A stretch of 50,045 nt of DNA, the filler included, from Catajapyx aquilonaris (lineage: Eukaryota), in assembly GCA_000934665.2 (NCBI GenBank). It is 3 parts of 3 records of this genome, joined end to end, with 100 filler letters (N's around TTAATTAATTAA, not from the genome) between each part and the next. Parts side by side here need not be neighbours in the genome. Positions count along the whole stretch, not along the records: positions 16,229 to 33,829 come from JYFJ02007288.1; positions 33,930 to 50,045 come from JYFJ02007289.1; 1 more part is not named here. One strand, 5' to 3'. The notes under the pieces are model-generated. The model was not told the DNA's origin. It made no database searches and saw only the letters and a list, made by a program, of their open reading frames with translations. Made by a program: the position numbers and the translations under genes. Below are positions 23,409-36,069 of this stretch, in pieces (position 1 is the stretch's first letter; every line of letters begins with the position of its first letter).

Positions 23409-24597
23409 AAAACATAATTCACATAAAATATCGTCATTATTTTCATGTTATTAAAGAGATGCATATTTTATGCTTGACGACTTCAAATAGCGAAAAATCA
23501 CATTCGCATTGTACAGTGGGACAGAATTGAAAGATGGGTTTACTAAGCAACTTTTTTTTCTCCAGCCAAACGGTAGGAAGCACCTATTCGCGAAGTAATT
23601 CTGATTATAAACGGCCGCGATAACAGGTGTGCAATTAACTTAATTATGATTACACAAATGGCGATTTCTAAGTTTCAAATATATCATTAGATAGACAAAA
23701 GATTTGCACCTATCCAGGGTTCACAGGGTTTTTTTTTTGGCTCCCGGGAAGTGTCAGAAAAAAAATCACTTTGCGGCGTAACGTCGCTACTCAAAAAATG
23801 ACACCTTTCCGCCTACTTTTTGCGATAAAAAACTAGAGACTGATGATAGGAAAACAAGTCGCATATACGAGCATATATAAGTATGTAACGTGGATTTAAA
23901 CAATAAGCTTTCGAAGGATATGTAACTTAATTTTTTTGAATAACTTGCCTGGGAGTTGTTTCAAGTCAAACACAGGGATCTATATTAAATAAACGGATAG
24001 TAGTCTTTTTCATCGAGAAATTAGCTTCACAAAACGGGTGCCAAACTTGAATAGTGGCAGTGCTTGAGTACTGTACAGTAGGCCCTACTTATTACTGTAC
24101 AGTAGCCTACATGTAGATGTATGGCAGTTTCTTTCCGTCTGGTAAGTATAAACAATATACCGGTATAAACAGTGTACCTACAGCTGTTTAAGACTGAGAA
24201 ATTAGCCATCACCTGAAATGGGGTTCTAGCCTTGGTCTGGGATTTGGGTAATTTGTACACAAATAGCTCAACCATACATGTAGGCTATAAACCCCAAAGA
24301 TACTAGGAAAGAGTTCTTATAGTAGGCTATCTTTGCCTTGCTCAAAATCTAATGCCTATTTCTTCGAAAAACAACAACAAAAAAACACCAAAATTCCTTT
24401 AAAAATAAGGACGATTTTTTTACACGGGTTTTCACAATGTAGGTATAGCTAGGACCCTTTCTAGGACCCCATTGTCATTAATATGAGGCTAATATATATA
24501 AGGTAAAATTCTGACAAGAGTCTCTCGCAACCTTCTGCGGCCATTTCAATTGCGCAAATAAAGAGTTTGCAAATTCTCACCTTTCAAGTCCAGGGGG

Positions 24598-25138
<541 letters not shown>

Positions 25139-25615
25139 AAGTAATAAACATAACTATTACTGTACAAGGTCTTATAGCTATTATGATAGAAGCTTCCGGT
25201 CCCTTGCCGCCAGATGCCTCGCTTACCCCTCCACTACTAGTGCCGTGACGGCCGTGGCTAGTGCTAGTGGAGCTAGTGGAGCACTAGACACTAGAGCACT
25301 GGAGCGTCAAGCTTGTTCATCTCACCAGATTTCACGCCGGATTCTGTAGGTCTACAACTTGTGTCAGGCTCGTGCTGCTCAGTATCTGAATGAGAGAAGA
25401 TTAGTTGTTTGGGTAAGACAGAAGAGGGATCGGCTCGGCGATTTGTCAGCCGCCAGGTCCAGTAGCCTACAGTAGTGCAGCAGTCACTGGCATGGAAGCC
25501 TTCTCCCTAATCTAAATCACATGTTTTCTGCACTTATTTTCCAGAGTTTTTGGACACCACTGACCTCAGGGGTCTCGGACACGTTGAAAGCGTTGTTGCC
25601 ATACGTGTGCTTGCC

Positions 25616-26140
25616 ATGGACGTGGAGATGAGAGAGCGGAAGGAGGAGGAGGCGGTGAGTCGCCAGCTGCAGCGCGAAGGGAATGAACTTCGCACTCAGG
25701 AGGTCAGACGACTGCCCCACACGGTGCACTCCATCAAGAAGGAGATGCATCAGGTAAAAAAAACCACCAAGCGCCTCATTCGAGACAACAACCGCATCGT
25801 GCAGGAGGTGACTTGCTTGCCCCCTCCGCCTGAGGCGGAAAGGCTGCGCTTGTGGAAGGAAGTTATGTGCAGCAGAAAGGAAGTGGCCTGCTTGCATGAA
25901 GAGGCGGACTGCCTTCTGAAGATGTGGAAGACCTGGGATGTACTCACCCAGCAGGATGTCAACACGTTCATGCAAGAGAAGCGTCGCCTGGCTGTGGCCC
26001 TTCTAGACTCGCAGGGCAATATAAGGGACCTGACAAATGCACCAATATTGGCCCAAAATCAAGCACAGGGCAACAGTGAGGGATCATTGATGGGTCAAAG
26101 AGGTGATTCTCATGACGGTGAAGGCCAAGCCCCTGTGGAG
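25616..26140 (+). CDS. Uncharacterised gene, main coding exon
   Basis: GC-rich open frame MDVEMRERKEEEAVSRQLQREGNELRTQEVRRL..., with a flanking acceptor and donor. Confidence 0.72.
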
Positions 26141-29100
26141 GTAATTATTTTGTTGCAACATCTTATACACAAAACGAAGGCCGTACCGGGGTAGTATTAT
26201 GACACACTGACAGTTGGCCATTCAATCACTGGACACAGCCACAGTGTGCTCTCGTTCAGGAACCCAAGTGAAAAAGACTCTCCACTCAGATATGGAAGCA
26301 ACGAATGTTGATAGCCAGCGGTAATCTGTCTTTGAACCGCAGAAGGTGTCGGGGGAGTTGTACAGAAAAATCCATCTCTGCATGAGTACTGTGCACAAAA
26401 ACTGTATATGTTTTTCTCACATGTTAGAGTCTAGACTAGAGGATGCGCTTCTGAGAGGGATGGTCGCCATTAACTGGTGATTCCAGGCCAGGGCAAGCAA
26501 ACTACTTATTCCAGGCTCTAACATGTGAAGAAGACGTACAGTTTTCATACACGGTACTCATACATAGCTGGATTTCTGCACTCCTGACATGCTTTGACTG
26601 TGTCAAGTGATCGAATGGCCAACTGTCAGTGTGTCATAATACTACACCTGTACGGCGTTCATTTTGTGTATAAGATGTCGCGACAAACCCATCTGGAAAT
26701 TTGCTATATGACCATGGCCCTTATATGCATGCATGCTGGAGGCCCCTGGGAAAACAAATGAGCAGAGTTAGGGGGTGGCCAGTTCCATGGAGTCATCCAT
26801 ACCGATCCTTTTGCTACTGAGGGATGGTGTTTGACCAAAATTAGAAATGATGTGTGAGGGACTTGGAGGGTGCGGCCTGCTGGATGAAAGTTGGAGTGGC
26901 ATTGGGGGCGGTTTTCTGGGCGGGGCAGATGGGGGCAGGGGGTAATGGTATGGGATCAAGTCGGTGGCGGGTATAGCAGAGGGAGAGAGAAAGATGAGAC
27001 GGCAAGGGACAGGTAGTGATGACCAGGGTAGGTGGAGTGACTAAAAGAGAGCTGTCAGGGGTGAACCTGGGGCTGGTTGTAAATGCGACATTTTTCCATT
27101 TGCAAAAATAATGGCACAATACCTTTGCTTTCTGTGACTGCCTGAATGAAAAAATAAGCAGTAACACTGCCGAAAACTATTCTTCCTCTGGGTGAGATTA
27201 AAAGTAAGAAACAAGTCCATAGGTGGGGGTTGGTGCGTGTCATAGGGATGTGTGATAATCAAATTTAATTCAAAACATTCGTGCTTTGGGGCTGGGAAGA
27301 ATTAGGCTGATATCGCTTTTATGTACTTCTCCGACTCTCCTACTCTGCCTAATTCTTCCCAGCCCCAAAGCACGAATGTTTTGAATTAAATTTGATTATC
27401 ACACATCCCTATGACACGAACCAACCCCCACCTATGGACTTGTTTCTTACTTTTAATCTCACCCAGAGGAAGAATAGTTTTCGGCAGTTTTACTGCTTAT
27501 TTTTATTTAATTCTTTTCATCATCAGAATAAAGTAATGTAATGATATTTTAGGTATTTTAATTATTACTAAGAGCCTCTCCGCATCGACTCTCAGACGAG
27601 TACATGGGTCATGGTGGGTTTTTCTGTGGTGCAGAAAGAGAGCGAGAGTCACAAAACTGACACTATCGAAATCGCCATGTAACTCAAAAAGTAAAGGTTT
27701 TTCTCAAAAAGAGGTAGGCAGGAGGGCACCCCCTGGGAACATTGCGGTTCGAATAACAGATTGTATGACCTTCTACGATGCACCGTTTAGGCTGTGCCCT
27801 GGTGCGACTAACGACACTTTTTTGAACTTTGACCCCGGCTAATGACCCCGGTAATGGCCCTAGTTGTTGTTTATCTATCTAAAGTTTGAAACTGTAGTGA
27901 GCGGAGTGTAAATCTTGTTTCCGATTTGAAATCGATTAACCCGATCGCGAGTTATGAAGTCGGGAAAATAGCATTGGGATCGTAGCGATTCCGATCTATT
28001 CGTTTTTGGCGGGCGCCGCTTCGCGACGCAACCGGCAGGTGGAGTTGCCAGGCCCTGCCTGTTGCCCAGCGAAGCTGGGCAACTGGCAGGAAGGAAGAAT
28101 AGAAAAATGAGGTTGCAGGAGGTCAAAATTGACAACAGCTTCAGGGAGATATCCATTTTTTATGATGTGTTAAAGGGTTTTTTTGGCCCCCAAAAGGAGT
28201 GTAGTGGTGACATCAGATTTGGCCTCCAAAGTCAGTTGTGATCACAACCAAGTGGTTATCAACTGAATGGTTTATTACCCATGCCGTTGGGTATTCTGGT
28301 GTTTTTTTATGTAGCCAAAGATGAGAGGGTTTAGTCACCATTGTGTCCTAATTTGACTTGGAATGGCATGTGCCACTTTTAGGAAACAATATGCAACTAC
28401 TGTATAACAATTAAGCATCTGTCATTGCCATAATATTGCATTACAAGTTTGCCGTCAAAATGTATATAAAAATTATCGAATATTAGATTGTGAGACATTG
28501 CCTAGTGACTGTGACACCTGGATATTTTTTACCAATTACATAATTGAAGACATCACTTGCCGAAGGGCCCAAGTCCATGAGGTGAAATTCTTCAGGAGAG
28601 ACTAAAAACTGCATATATGCGTAATTGCTCCATTCAGAGTTTCGCTGTTTATGATGTTAATATGGCGCCGTTATACACACCCAGTGGCATAAACATCATC
28701 TACTAGAAAGCAATAGGTCAGAGTCTATTGAAGGTCAAAATCAGTGGACTTGGGCCCTTTGGCAAGTGAATGCCGGCACCAACATTTCATGTTGCAAATT
28801 TCAGTGATATAGTCATGCCTGTCCATCTGACCACATCAAATTCATAAAGTAGTATACTACAAAAAAAGGTTTGACCAGTTTTATTTCCATCCTATGTTAA
28901 TTATTATTAACATCAATCAAAATCTGATTTACATCCAGCCAGTCGCCAAAGGGCCCAAGTCCAGTAGTAGGCAATGGACTGCGATTGATCAAATCCAATT
29001 TTAAGGCACTCCTGATTGACTTTGCCTCTTCATCTTCACCAGGACTGTGAGGCCCGACTCCAAGAGTAGGAATCCGCAATAAAACTGTTTTTCGAAATTT

Positions 29101-30454
29101 TGGGAGTTGGGCCCTTTGGGAAGTGACGTCTTCAATTGATAAGAAATATTGAGTATCTCTTTTTTGTGCATAGGAATGATATCCACTAAATGTTATTATG
29201 TATGTGACAACACTCATGAATTTGCCTTTCAATATACTTTTTAGGAAGGGGCAGGTGATTCAGCAAAGTACACAAACAGTATGGATGGCAATGGACTTAC
29301 GCAGCATCTTGTCAAAGATGGACACCATGAAGGTATCTTTTTACGGTTTTGATGATAGACTTGTATTGCATGGGCTTACAAAGAGGGAACACTTAATTAT
29401 GTTGATCATATACCTTTTCCTGCCTTCATCAACATCCAGCTCCCACCTGATATCATTCTCAATAGGACACAACTGAGAAGGTCATTGAAAGAAGTGCATA
29501 ACCGACCAATCTTCAAAACTGACATTTTGCCCTTGCAACACTTGTAGAGCTATAAGCCACCATTATATCAATTATATGAACATCTAACGTATATTGTGGA
29601 GTATAGGAAGTCCCCGGGTTATGAATCAGTACTTATGTACAGGTTCCCAAGAGTAATTTATAATTATCTCTCCATTCTCATTCTCTTATGTGCATGCTGA
29701 CTGACACCAAGTTCAACATAAATACTATTTAATTAAATTTAAAATTCCAGGACTACCTCAGCATGTAAACAAATGTACATGGCATATGGCGTAATCGGTT
29801 CGTTAGCACAGCATCTTTACATGATAGAGGCCATAATAATAATAATAATACAGTAAAACTTCCATAAGTCGAATCTCCATGGGACCAGGAAAAAACTTGA
29901 GTTATAGAAGATTCTAGTTAGAGAAGTTTGGATTTTTTTGAGCACAGAACTCTATAAGGAAGCCTACCTTTACACCCAGCGACGAAAGGTGTTCAAAACG
30001 TTAAAATTATTGTCACTATCACACTTACATTGTTTCTCATTGTTTTGTTGTAAAAAAAAATCTCAGTTATGGACATTTGGCTACTCTTAATTTCAAGGAT
30101 TCAATTGTCACAATCGATTCAAACACTTCTTTGGTTACGTCTGGTAGACGGAGATCAGGAAATTGAGCCTTTCTGTACATGTGGCCTCCTCTCGACCCTT
30201 CGGCTGGGAAATGAGAACATTTTCCGGACTTGCAACATGAACTTCGACTTAGGGAGACTGAAAATGCATTGATATCCCATCGTAAGGCCCTGCCAGCACT
30301 TCCAGTTATGGAGAACTTCGAGTTATAGAAATTCGATTTAGGGAAGTTTATTTCCTATTATTATTTTACATTGTGACCAACCAAGCTTATCATTTTCTTC
30401 GACTTATAGAGAACTTCGACTTAGGGAAGTTCGACCTATGGAAGTTTTACTGTA

Positions 30455-30532
<78 letters not shown>

Positions 30533-30664
30533 TAAGTGCTGTTCATCAGGGATCTGAGTCACATACTAATATGACCAACAGATGTTTTCAGGAACATTTC
30601 TCGTTCAAAATCCAAGGACAGCCTGCGCTTCTTTTTTGCCCAGCGCAAAGAAAAATTAAAATAA
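25616..30664 (+). CDS. Uncharacterised coiled-coil-like protein, probable join(25616-26140,29245-29332,29751-29790,30592-30664), about 241 aa
   Basis: Kozak-like gccATGg at 25616 lies inside an exon opened by acceptor ttattttccag (25544). A 175-codon charged, helical-looking frame ends at gag|gtaatt. Three downstream exons have GT-AG sites and mutually consistent phases (0,1,2). The stop at 30664 is followed by AATAAA at 30705 and a GT-rich tract. No family recognised. Confidence 0.6.
26149..26687. mobile_element. MITE-like element with ~90-bp imperfect TIRs in an intron of the uncharacterised gene
   Basis: tttgttgcaacatcttatacacaaaa...tatgacacactgacagttggccattc is mirrored by gaatggccaactgtcagtgtgtcata...ttttgtgtataagatgtcgcgacaaa. 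Confidence 0.78.
27150..27504. repeat. Inverted duplication with 158-bp arms and a 39-bp spacer
   Basis: 27150-27307 is the reverse complement of 27347-27504, with two mismatches seen. Confidence 0.92.
28553..29126. repeat. Four alternately oriented copies of a ~20-25-bp motif (gcc.aagggcccaagtcca), probably DNA-transposon subterminal repeats
   Basis: Copies at 28553 (+), 28745 (-), 28945 (+) and 29107 (-). Confidence 0.65.
29245..29332 (+). CDS. Uncharacterised gene, coding exon 2 (EGAGDSAKYTNSMDGNGLTQHLVKDGHHE)
   Basis: Acceptor atactttttag, donor aag|gtatct, open in phase 0. Confidence 0.6.
29751..29790 (+). CDS. Uncharacterised gene, candidate coding exon 3
   Basis: Acceptor aattccag and donor ggc|gtaatc. 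Bridges phase 1 to phase 2. Confidence 0.45.
29851..30452. mobile_element. Tigger/pogo-like MITE inserted at TA within a (TAA)n tract
   Basis: TA-CAGTAAAACTTCCATAAGTCGAA...TTCGACCTATGGAAGTTTTACTG-TA, internal ttcgactta repeats, and (TAA)n on both sides. Confidence 0.88.
30456..30532. repeat. (AAT)n microsatellite
   Basis: Seen directly. Confidence 0.98.
30592..30664 (+). CDS. Uncharacterised gene, candidate terminal coding exon (NISRSKSKDSLRFFFAQRKEKLK*)
   Basis: Acceptor gatgttttcag, TAA at 30662-30664, AATAAA at 30705-30710. Confidence 0.5.
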
Positions 30665-30704
30665 GCGAAGGGGTAATTCTACGGGAACAGAGACAGGATC
30701 CAAA

Positions 30705-30710
30705 AATAAA
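30705..30710 (+). promoter_or_regulatory. Probable polyadenylation signal of the uncharacterised gene
   Basis: AATAAA followed by GT-rich gtcgtgtattgtggggttgt. Confidence 0.5.
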
Positions 30711-31297
30711 GTCGTGTATTGTGGGGTTGTAGATGGGTTATTGAAAGCAGATCATTATGTCAGATGAAGTAGGTGTAGCAACATTCTGCTACCAGATAGC
30801 AGCAGAACCATGGAAAAGTCAAGATGTAATAGTCGTAAGACTCGTAACTGACGCAACTTTCCACTGTTTGTTGCGTCAGTTATGTTAATCCTAATTTCTC
30901 CTGAAAACATGAACAGGAACTGGCGTGGTCTAAAATAATCACAAAATTGCTCCTCAAGTTTAGATTACATATCAGTTGTAACATTACTTGTAAACACATT
31001 CAGCTCACAGGGTTTCACGTCACTACAGCACCTCCGAAAGAGCTAGTCTCTTTTCATGTTGCATCAGTTACATCTTACAGAGTTCATTCAAGTTACTGAT
31101 CCAAAATTCAAAAAATACCAGAAATTTTAAAGGTATCGATATACCAGGTATATACCAGGATATACCAGGTAAAGGTATCGATACGGGGTATTCGATACCA
31201 GTAAATTTTCATTGTGTTAGAAAGCGCACAAAGACATGAAATAAAATGTCAACTGATACCGCTTTTTTTGGCTGCTGAGGACTGGGTTTCCTCTTAA

Positions 31298-31520
31298 GGA
31301 GACCGACTGCTAATCAGGAGGTCCTGGGTTCGATTCCCGGGGCCGGCGATCCTGACCGTGGTTGTCTGTGGTTTTCCAGGATGATTCTGGGATTGCTTCC
31401 GTATAATAGGCCACAGTCGCTTCCTTCCTTATCCTTGGCCCAATCCAATGGTGGTATTCCACCCCCCTAATGGAGCACCGATTCTCCCAATGGGGTAATA
31501 TAAATAAAATAATAATAATA
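31298..31520 (+). mobile_element. tRNA-derived SINE, family B
   Basis: B box ggttcgattcc at 31327. Core ctgaccgtggtt.tctgtggttt...aggccacag.cgcttcct is shared with 46690-46830. (AAT)n tail. Confidence 0.8.
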
Positions 31521-31574
31521 TCTAAATGAGTTAAGTTTTGAAATGCTAAGAAATGTCAAAAGTTTTAGTCACAC

Positions 31575-32045
31575 CATAGTTTGTTTCGATATGAGCTCCA
31601 TTTGTCACTCGGAAAATGTAAATTCGATAATCGGTGTCGTGCCTAACCCTCCCCGGCATGTCTGGCATTACCATTGAAATCTTATCCTGTGTGTGCTGGA
31701 TATGCTGAATTGTTTCACCATGCATGTGTCTCCACAAAAAAGTCCATTGTGGTCAGATCTGGGCTTCTGGTGGGGGCTTGGGATTTCTCATTCAAGACTT
31801 CATACACTTGGAGGCTGAATAAATGAAACTTTCCTAAGGCAGGTTTTTGTTTCATGGATGAGGCGACTTTTTATGTGCATCATCAAGAACAATGTGTGTG
31901 GTGTAAAGGCCCATCATATCCAGCACCTACGGGATAGGATCACAATGGTAACTCCAGATATGATTGAGTAGGTTTGGCATGACATAGAATACCACCTTTT
32001 TATCTGCTGAGCAACAAATGAAGCTCATGTCGAAACTAACATACA
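31575..32045. pseudogene. Two oppositely oriented Tc1/mariner-superfamily transposase relics
   Basis: Minus 31575-31776: PTRSPDLTTMDF..HIQHTQDKISMVMPDM..VTNGAHIE. Plus 31826-32045: FMDEATFY joined to IKNNV..HIQHLRDRITMVTPDM..ATNEAHVE. Confidence 0.75.
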
Positions 32046-32257
32046 AGGAAAGGTCTCGCATTGTACATGGAGTTGCTGAATGAAACTTGGCACAATAATA
32101 TAGACCGGTAAGTTATAATTAACCATAATGCAAACAGTTTCAGCCCAGCTCTACAAGGTCAAAAGTGATGACCTCTCGTTGTCAGCGCAGACAGCTTACC
32201 TAAGCAGGAAGGGTAAAGCACTGGCAGATAAAAAGACGCATAGTAAATGAGCACTTA

Positions 32258-32350
32258 CCGTATTTACTCGCATATAAGACGCACCTTTTTTCCGATTTTT
32301 GTAGCTCAAAAAGTAGGGTGCGTCTTATACGTGTGTGCGTCTTATACGGC
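32258..32350 (+). mobile_element. pogo/Tigger-like terminal fragment
   Basis: TA-CCGTATTTACTCGCATATAAGACGCACC...GGTGCGTCTTATACG. The partner end was not found. Confidence 0.6.
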
Positions 32351-32555
32351 AGGGCACAACGGGTGAAACCCGTGAGAAATCGTGAAAATCGTTTATTGAA
32401 AAATTTAAGCTTGTCGGTTTGATGTCCTGTCAGCACAGTTGATCACTTTCCTCTTGAAATCGGCACGGTACGACCTGCGTTTCTCCTTCACTTCCATTGA
32501 TATGCTCTCCCCGTCCACACACATGCACAATTCCGGTGTGACCTTGCCACCTATA

Positions 32556-33829
32556 GGGTAAAGTAAGGTAGTATGGCAAATTTTCCAAGCAAATTTTTTT
32601 TACGAGGTTAGGTTCACCATTTTAACCAAAGTTTTGGGCCAATATCATTTTTCAAATATCATTCACCATAAGTAAATAATTACAGAAAGCAAATAAGCAA
32701 TACATTATATGTTAATTAACTTCTAAATTTCAGCAGCAAATAGTAAGATTTTTCAAAACAGTAGGTTGAATGGCAAGCCCATCAGGTTGCATGCAAAGTG
32801 TAAGGTCACATGGCAATTTATTAGGTCTATCAGAAATAATAATCACTATTAATTCTTAATTTCTTCATTTTATTTATTGTCACATATGCACATAGCACAT
32901 ATGCACATGTCATATGGGATTGTGATGCCCGATTTGTTGGATTGCCTATAGGCCTGATTTTAACTGGTGAATCTGAAGGGAAAGGCGTTGTAATACATTT
33001 AGCTTTTTGCGGTAGTTTTGACTGTGGGGAGCTGCAGGAGCTCTCTTTGACCCTGTGGAATATCATCATTGTCTGCAGCAGGTGGATCAGTAGTTGTTGC
33101 GTTGGCACCCAACGCACTGTCTGGTACTGCATAAAGGGGGGTTCACACTAGCTGACGGGAGCATACGAAAAGAACGATCCGAAAGAGTGGACCAATCAGA
33201 GCCCACTTGAGGATGACGAAAAGTGAAAGGGATTACGAAACGGAAAAGACGGGAGAAATCAACTTTCGACGGACACGGAATACGGAATACGTAGGCTTAC
33301 GGACCTATCCACCAATGGAAGAGCCAGGAAAGCGGCAGGGGTGTGGCGAGCGAAAGTGAAAGTGAAAGCCGGCAGCGCCTCTGGCGGGGACAGGACGAAG
33401 GACATCAGTCGGGAGTCGAGACCCAGGGGGAGCGGGCCTCGGGAGATGGGAGAAGAGAAGGGTATGATACCGGTCCGAAGGGAGGGAGAGCCCGAGGGAG
33501 ATCCGGCTTCCTCCCCGAGAATTCAAGCACAGCGCATGCGCTGCGGGATACGGAGGCTAAAGCCACGCCACTCGCTTTTGTGTCTGAACACCTTTCCCCT
33601 CTTTCCGTTCGTTCCGTCATACCGTTCCGTTCGTTTCGTAGTTAGTGTGAACGCGCCTTAAATCTGTTTAGTGGGTCCAGACCCGCTCCTCTGAAGGCAC
33701 CTTGAATGTTAGTGACCCCAAGTCCAAGTTGGAAAATGAGTGCCTCCATGACAGGTGCAACCTTAAAAATTTGCCAACTTTGTTAAGGCCTGTACGAGCG
33801 CTATTGTGAATTTTTCAAAACTGTGTTTA
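32556..33829 (-). mobile_element. Decayed pogo-type (DDE_1) transposon 3' part, interrupted by a Harbinger MITE
   Basis: Minus-strand NIQGAFRGAGLDPLNR (33710-33663) resembles the NIxSGFRxxGIxPxN motif. It continues after the MITE as AVPDSALGA...KLPQKAKCITTP. TA-GGGTAAAGTAAGGTAG is a candidate terminus. Confidence 0.5.
33135..33658. mobile_element. PIF/Harbinger-type MITE with TAA target duplication
   Basis: TAA-AGGGGGGTTCACACTAGCT...AGTTAGTGTGAACGCGCCT-TAA. Confidence 0.82.
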
Positions 33830-33929
33830 NNNNNNNNNNNNNNNNNNNNNNNNNNNNNNNNNNNNNNNNNNNNTTAATTAATTAANNNNNNNNNNNNNNN
33901 NNNNNNNNNNNNNNNNNNNNNNNNNNNNN
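33830..33929. other. Assembly gap with artificial TTAATTAATTAA linker
   Basis: 44 N + 12 nt + 44 N. Confidence 0.97.
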
Positions 33930-35252
33930 AAATTTACCGAAAACTTGCATTAAATGTACATTAAAATTAAACTGTTGTGAACTATCAGCTTTTCAGATCT
34001 TATTTGGCTCAGCTTCATTTTAAAATGTAAATGTAATTTCTCTAACGTAAATTCTATTAATCGTTTGATTGGAGTTCCTTTTGTGAGGACAGTAAATGTA
34101 AATTCTTGTTCTTGATTAGCCTTTGAATAATTGTGGATGATGAGATACATTGGCGCGGGGCCTTTATGGTCGGGTCGCCGTAACTCTGACACAGGCAATG
34201 TTCCAACATACCATCTTCCACTACTTAGCGGAATTATGGCGATGCTGTCATAATTATGCCCTCGTCGATAGTCCATCAGGAGGGACTTCACGTCGTCATG
34301 ATCCGTGATCAAGAGTGGAATCTCATGAGAATCCGTGTTATCTCCATCATCCATATTGTGTATTTCAGAATCCTGCCGATGTAATATTAGTAAATAACAT
34401 CGTCAGAAGATATGACATAAATGTCATTTTATGTTTTTATTTCTTCTGAAGTATATTTGTCTTTAAATTCCTGTTGACATACATTATGTGGCAATGATGT
34501 GTGTGCACAGTTTGTTGCTTGTTTCAGGGGGCCGTTGAAAAATCGCGATCCGAGAAACATAGCCTACCAACCTCGCTGCCAACCACGGTAACCAACCTTG
34601 AAAAATTATCGTATTTTCGGGAAAATTACCGATTTTATTTTTTATTTAAAATGTTTAAAATCTTATAAATAATATTTTCGTCTTGTCAAGCCCTAAGTGG
34701 GAAATGAAATAGCAAGAGATGTAGATATAGTCTGTTATGGGGGCTATGGTAGTCCGATAACATTTTGGGGCATCAGTGTAGCCATGGCGTTACTGCCACA
34801 CCATGTCTGTCCAGCTGTCTCCGCCGTTCGTCTAGTCAGGCAATATTTAGATTTTGCCCCCTTGACGACTTCCATATTGAGTAGCATCCCCTTTTTTGAT
34901 ATCTGATTGGCCCGTTGCCTCTCATGTTCCTGCATTGTCGTGAAGATGCTGTCATATTCGAGTCGTGTTTCCTGATTAGTTTTATTTCTTCAGTAACCTG
35001 GAAGAAAATAGAAACTTGCATTTTAATATTACTTGGAATATTACAGGGAATTTGTCCAAATCTGCCACTAACATTAATTGAATTTTGTCTAAATGGGATC
35101 CAATTTTGACCGGCAAATTCCGGGTTCATGTTGCGGGTTCAGGTGGCGATCATCAAACAGGACACCCCGTTCACTGACAGGAGAGAGTCCCCGTACGCGA
35201 ACGTCACCAGCAACTGCTACCACTTGTGAAAGAAGTCAATTCCTCGAATTCT

Positions 35253-35505
35253 TCTAATGAGATCAAGCAAGGGGTAAGGGATCATATCAATAGTTTTCCA
35301 GAAGCCGAGGCACATTATTGCCGCTCAGATACCAAAAGAGAATACATTGACCAGCAGTTATCTATAACCGAAATGTACTCTCTTTATGAGAAAAGATGTA
35401 AGAATGACAATTTTTTTGCAACCTGCAAAACTTTCTACGTACAGAGATATTTTTAACACATAATTTAATTTGTGCTTTGTATCACCAAAAATAGACAGAT
35501 GTGAG
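35253..35505 (+). pseudogene. Sola-like DNA transposase fragment
   Basis: IKQGVRDHINSFPEAEAHYCRSDTKREYIDQQLSITEMYSLY, a frameshift, then TYRDIFNT*FNLCFVSPKIDRCE. The HIxSFP..SHYCR and FN..FNL.F..PK.D.C pattern is one I associate with Sola-type transposases. Flanked by repeated ccatattgagtagcatcccc motifs (about 34872 and 35619). Confidence 0.65.
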
Positions 35506-36069
35506 TAATTACATAAGATAATTAATTTTTTATCATGCATACGGAACAACAAAGTTCCATCTGCAAATTGACATTTTTATGATTAAAAAGATTGCAACTT
35601 GAATGTCATTTGAGGGGTGCCATATTGAGTAGCATCCCCTTTTTCATATGTAGTTATTGAAAGGGTCCTTTTCCGTTTGCTGAGACCCATTATTTTGCAT
35701 TTCTAGTAAACAGTGTCTGCAATGGAACAATATTCCATAACCGCATTCGCAAGTGACGGTTGTCAACTTGTCCTTGCCTTGATATGCTCCCCGAATATTT
35801 ATCTCTGCTCTCGCCAACCCGCTGCTGGTTGCAAGTATTGCCTGTACCGGAAGACCCTTTGCGTGAAAATACCTGATTTCACTGGCACGCCCTTAGAACC
35901 TGAAGAAAGTCCAACATTCACTCTTTGGTGTAAGTACAGCACAGCCTGGTGTATACCTGATTTTTGAAGCAAAATACCGGAATTGTCAGAGGTCTTCGGT
36001 TGACGTATCTAACAACCGTGGTGCCTCCTGCCCTCGGCAGGCTGTGCACCTTTTGATGCATGCATATTG

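Noticed and set aside
33950..34354. 134-aa minus-strand ORF next to a gap
   Set aside because: No recognisable domain, splice support or Kozak context, and it sits in repeat debris. It cannot be supported without a search.
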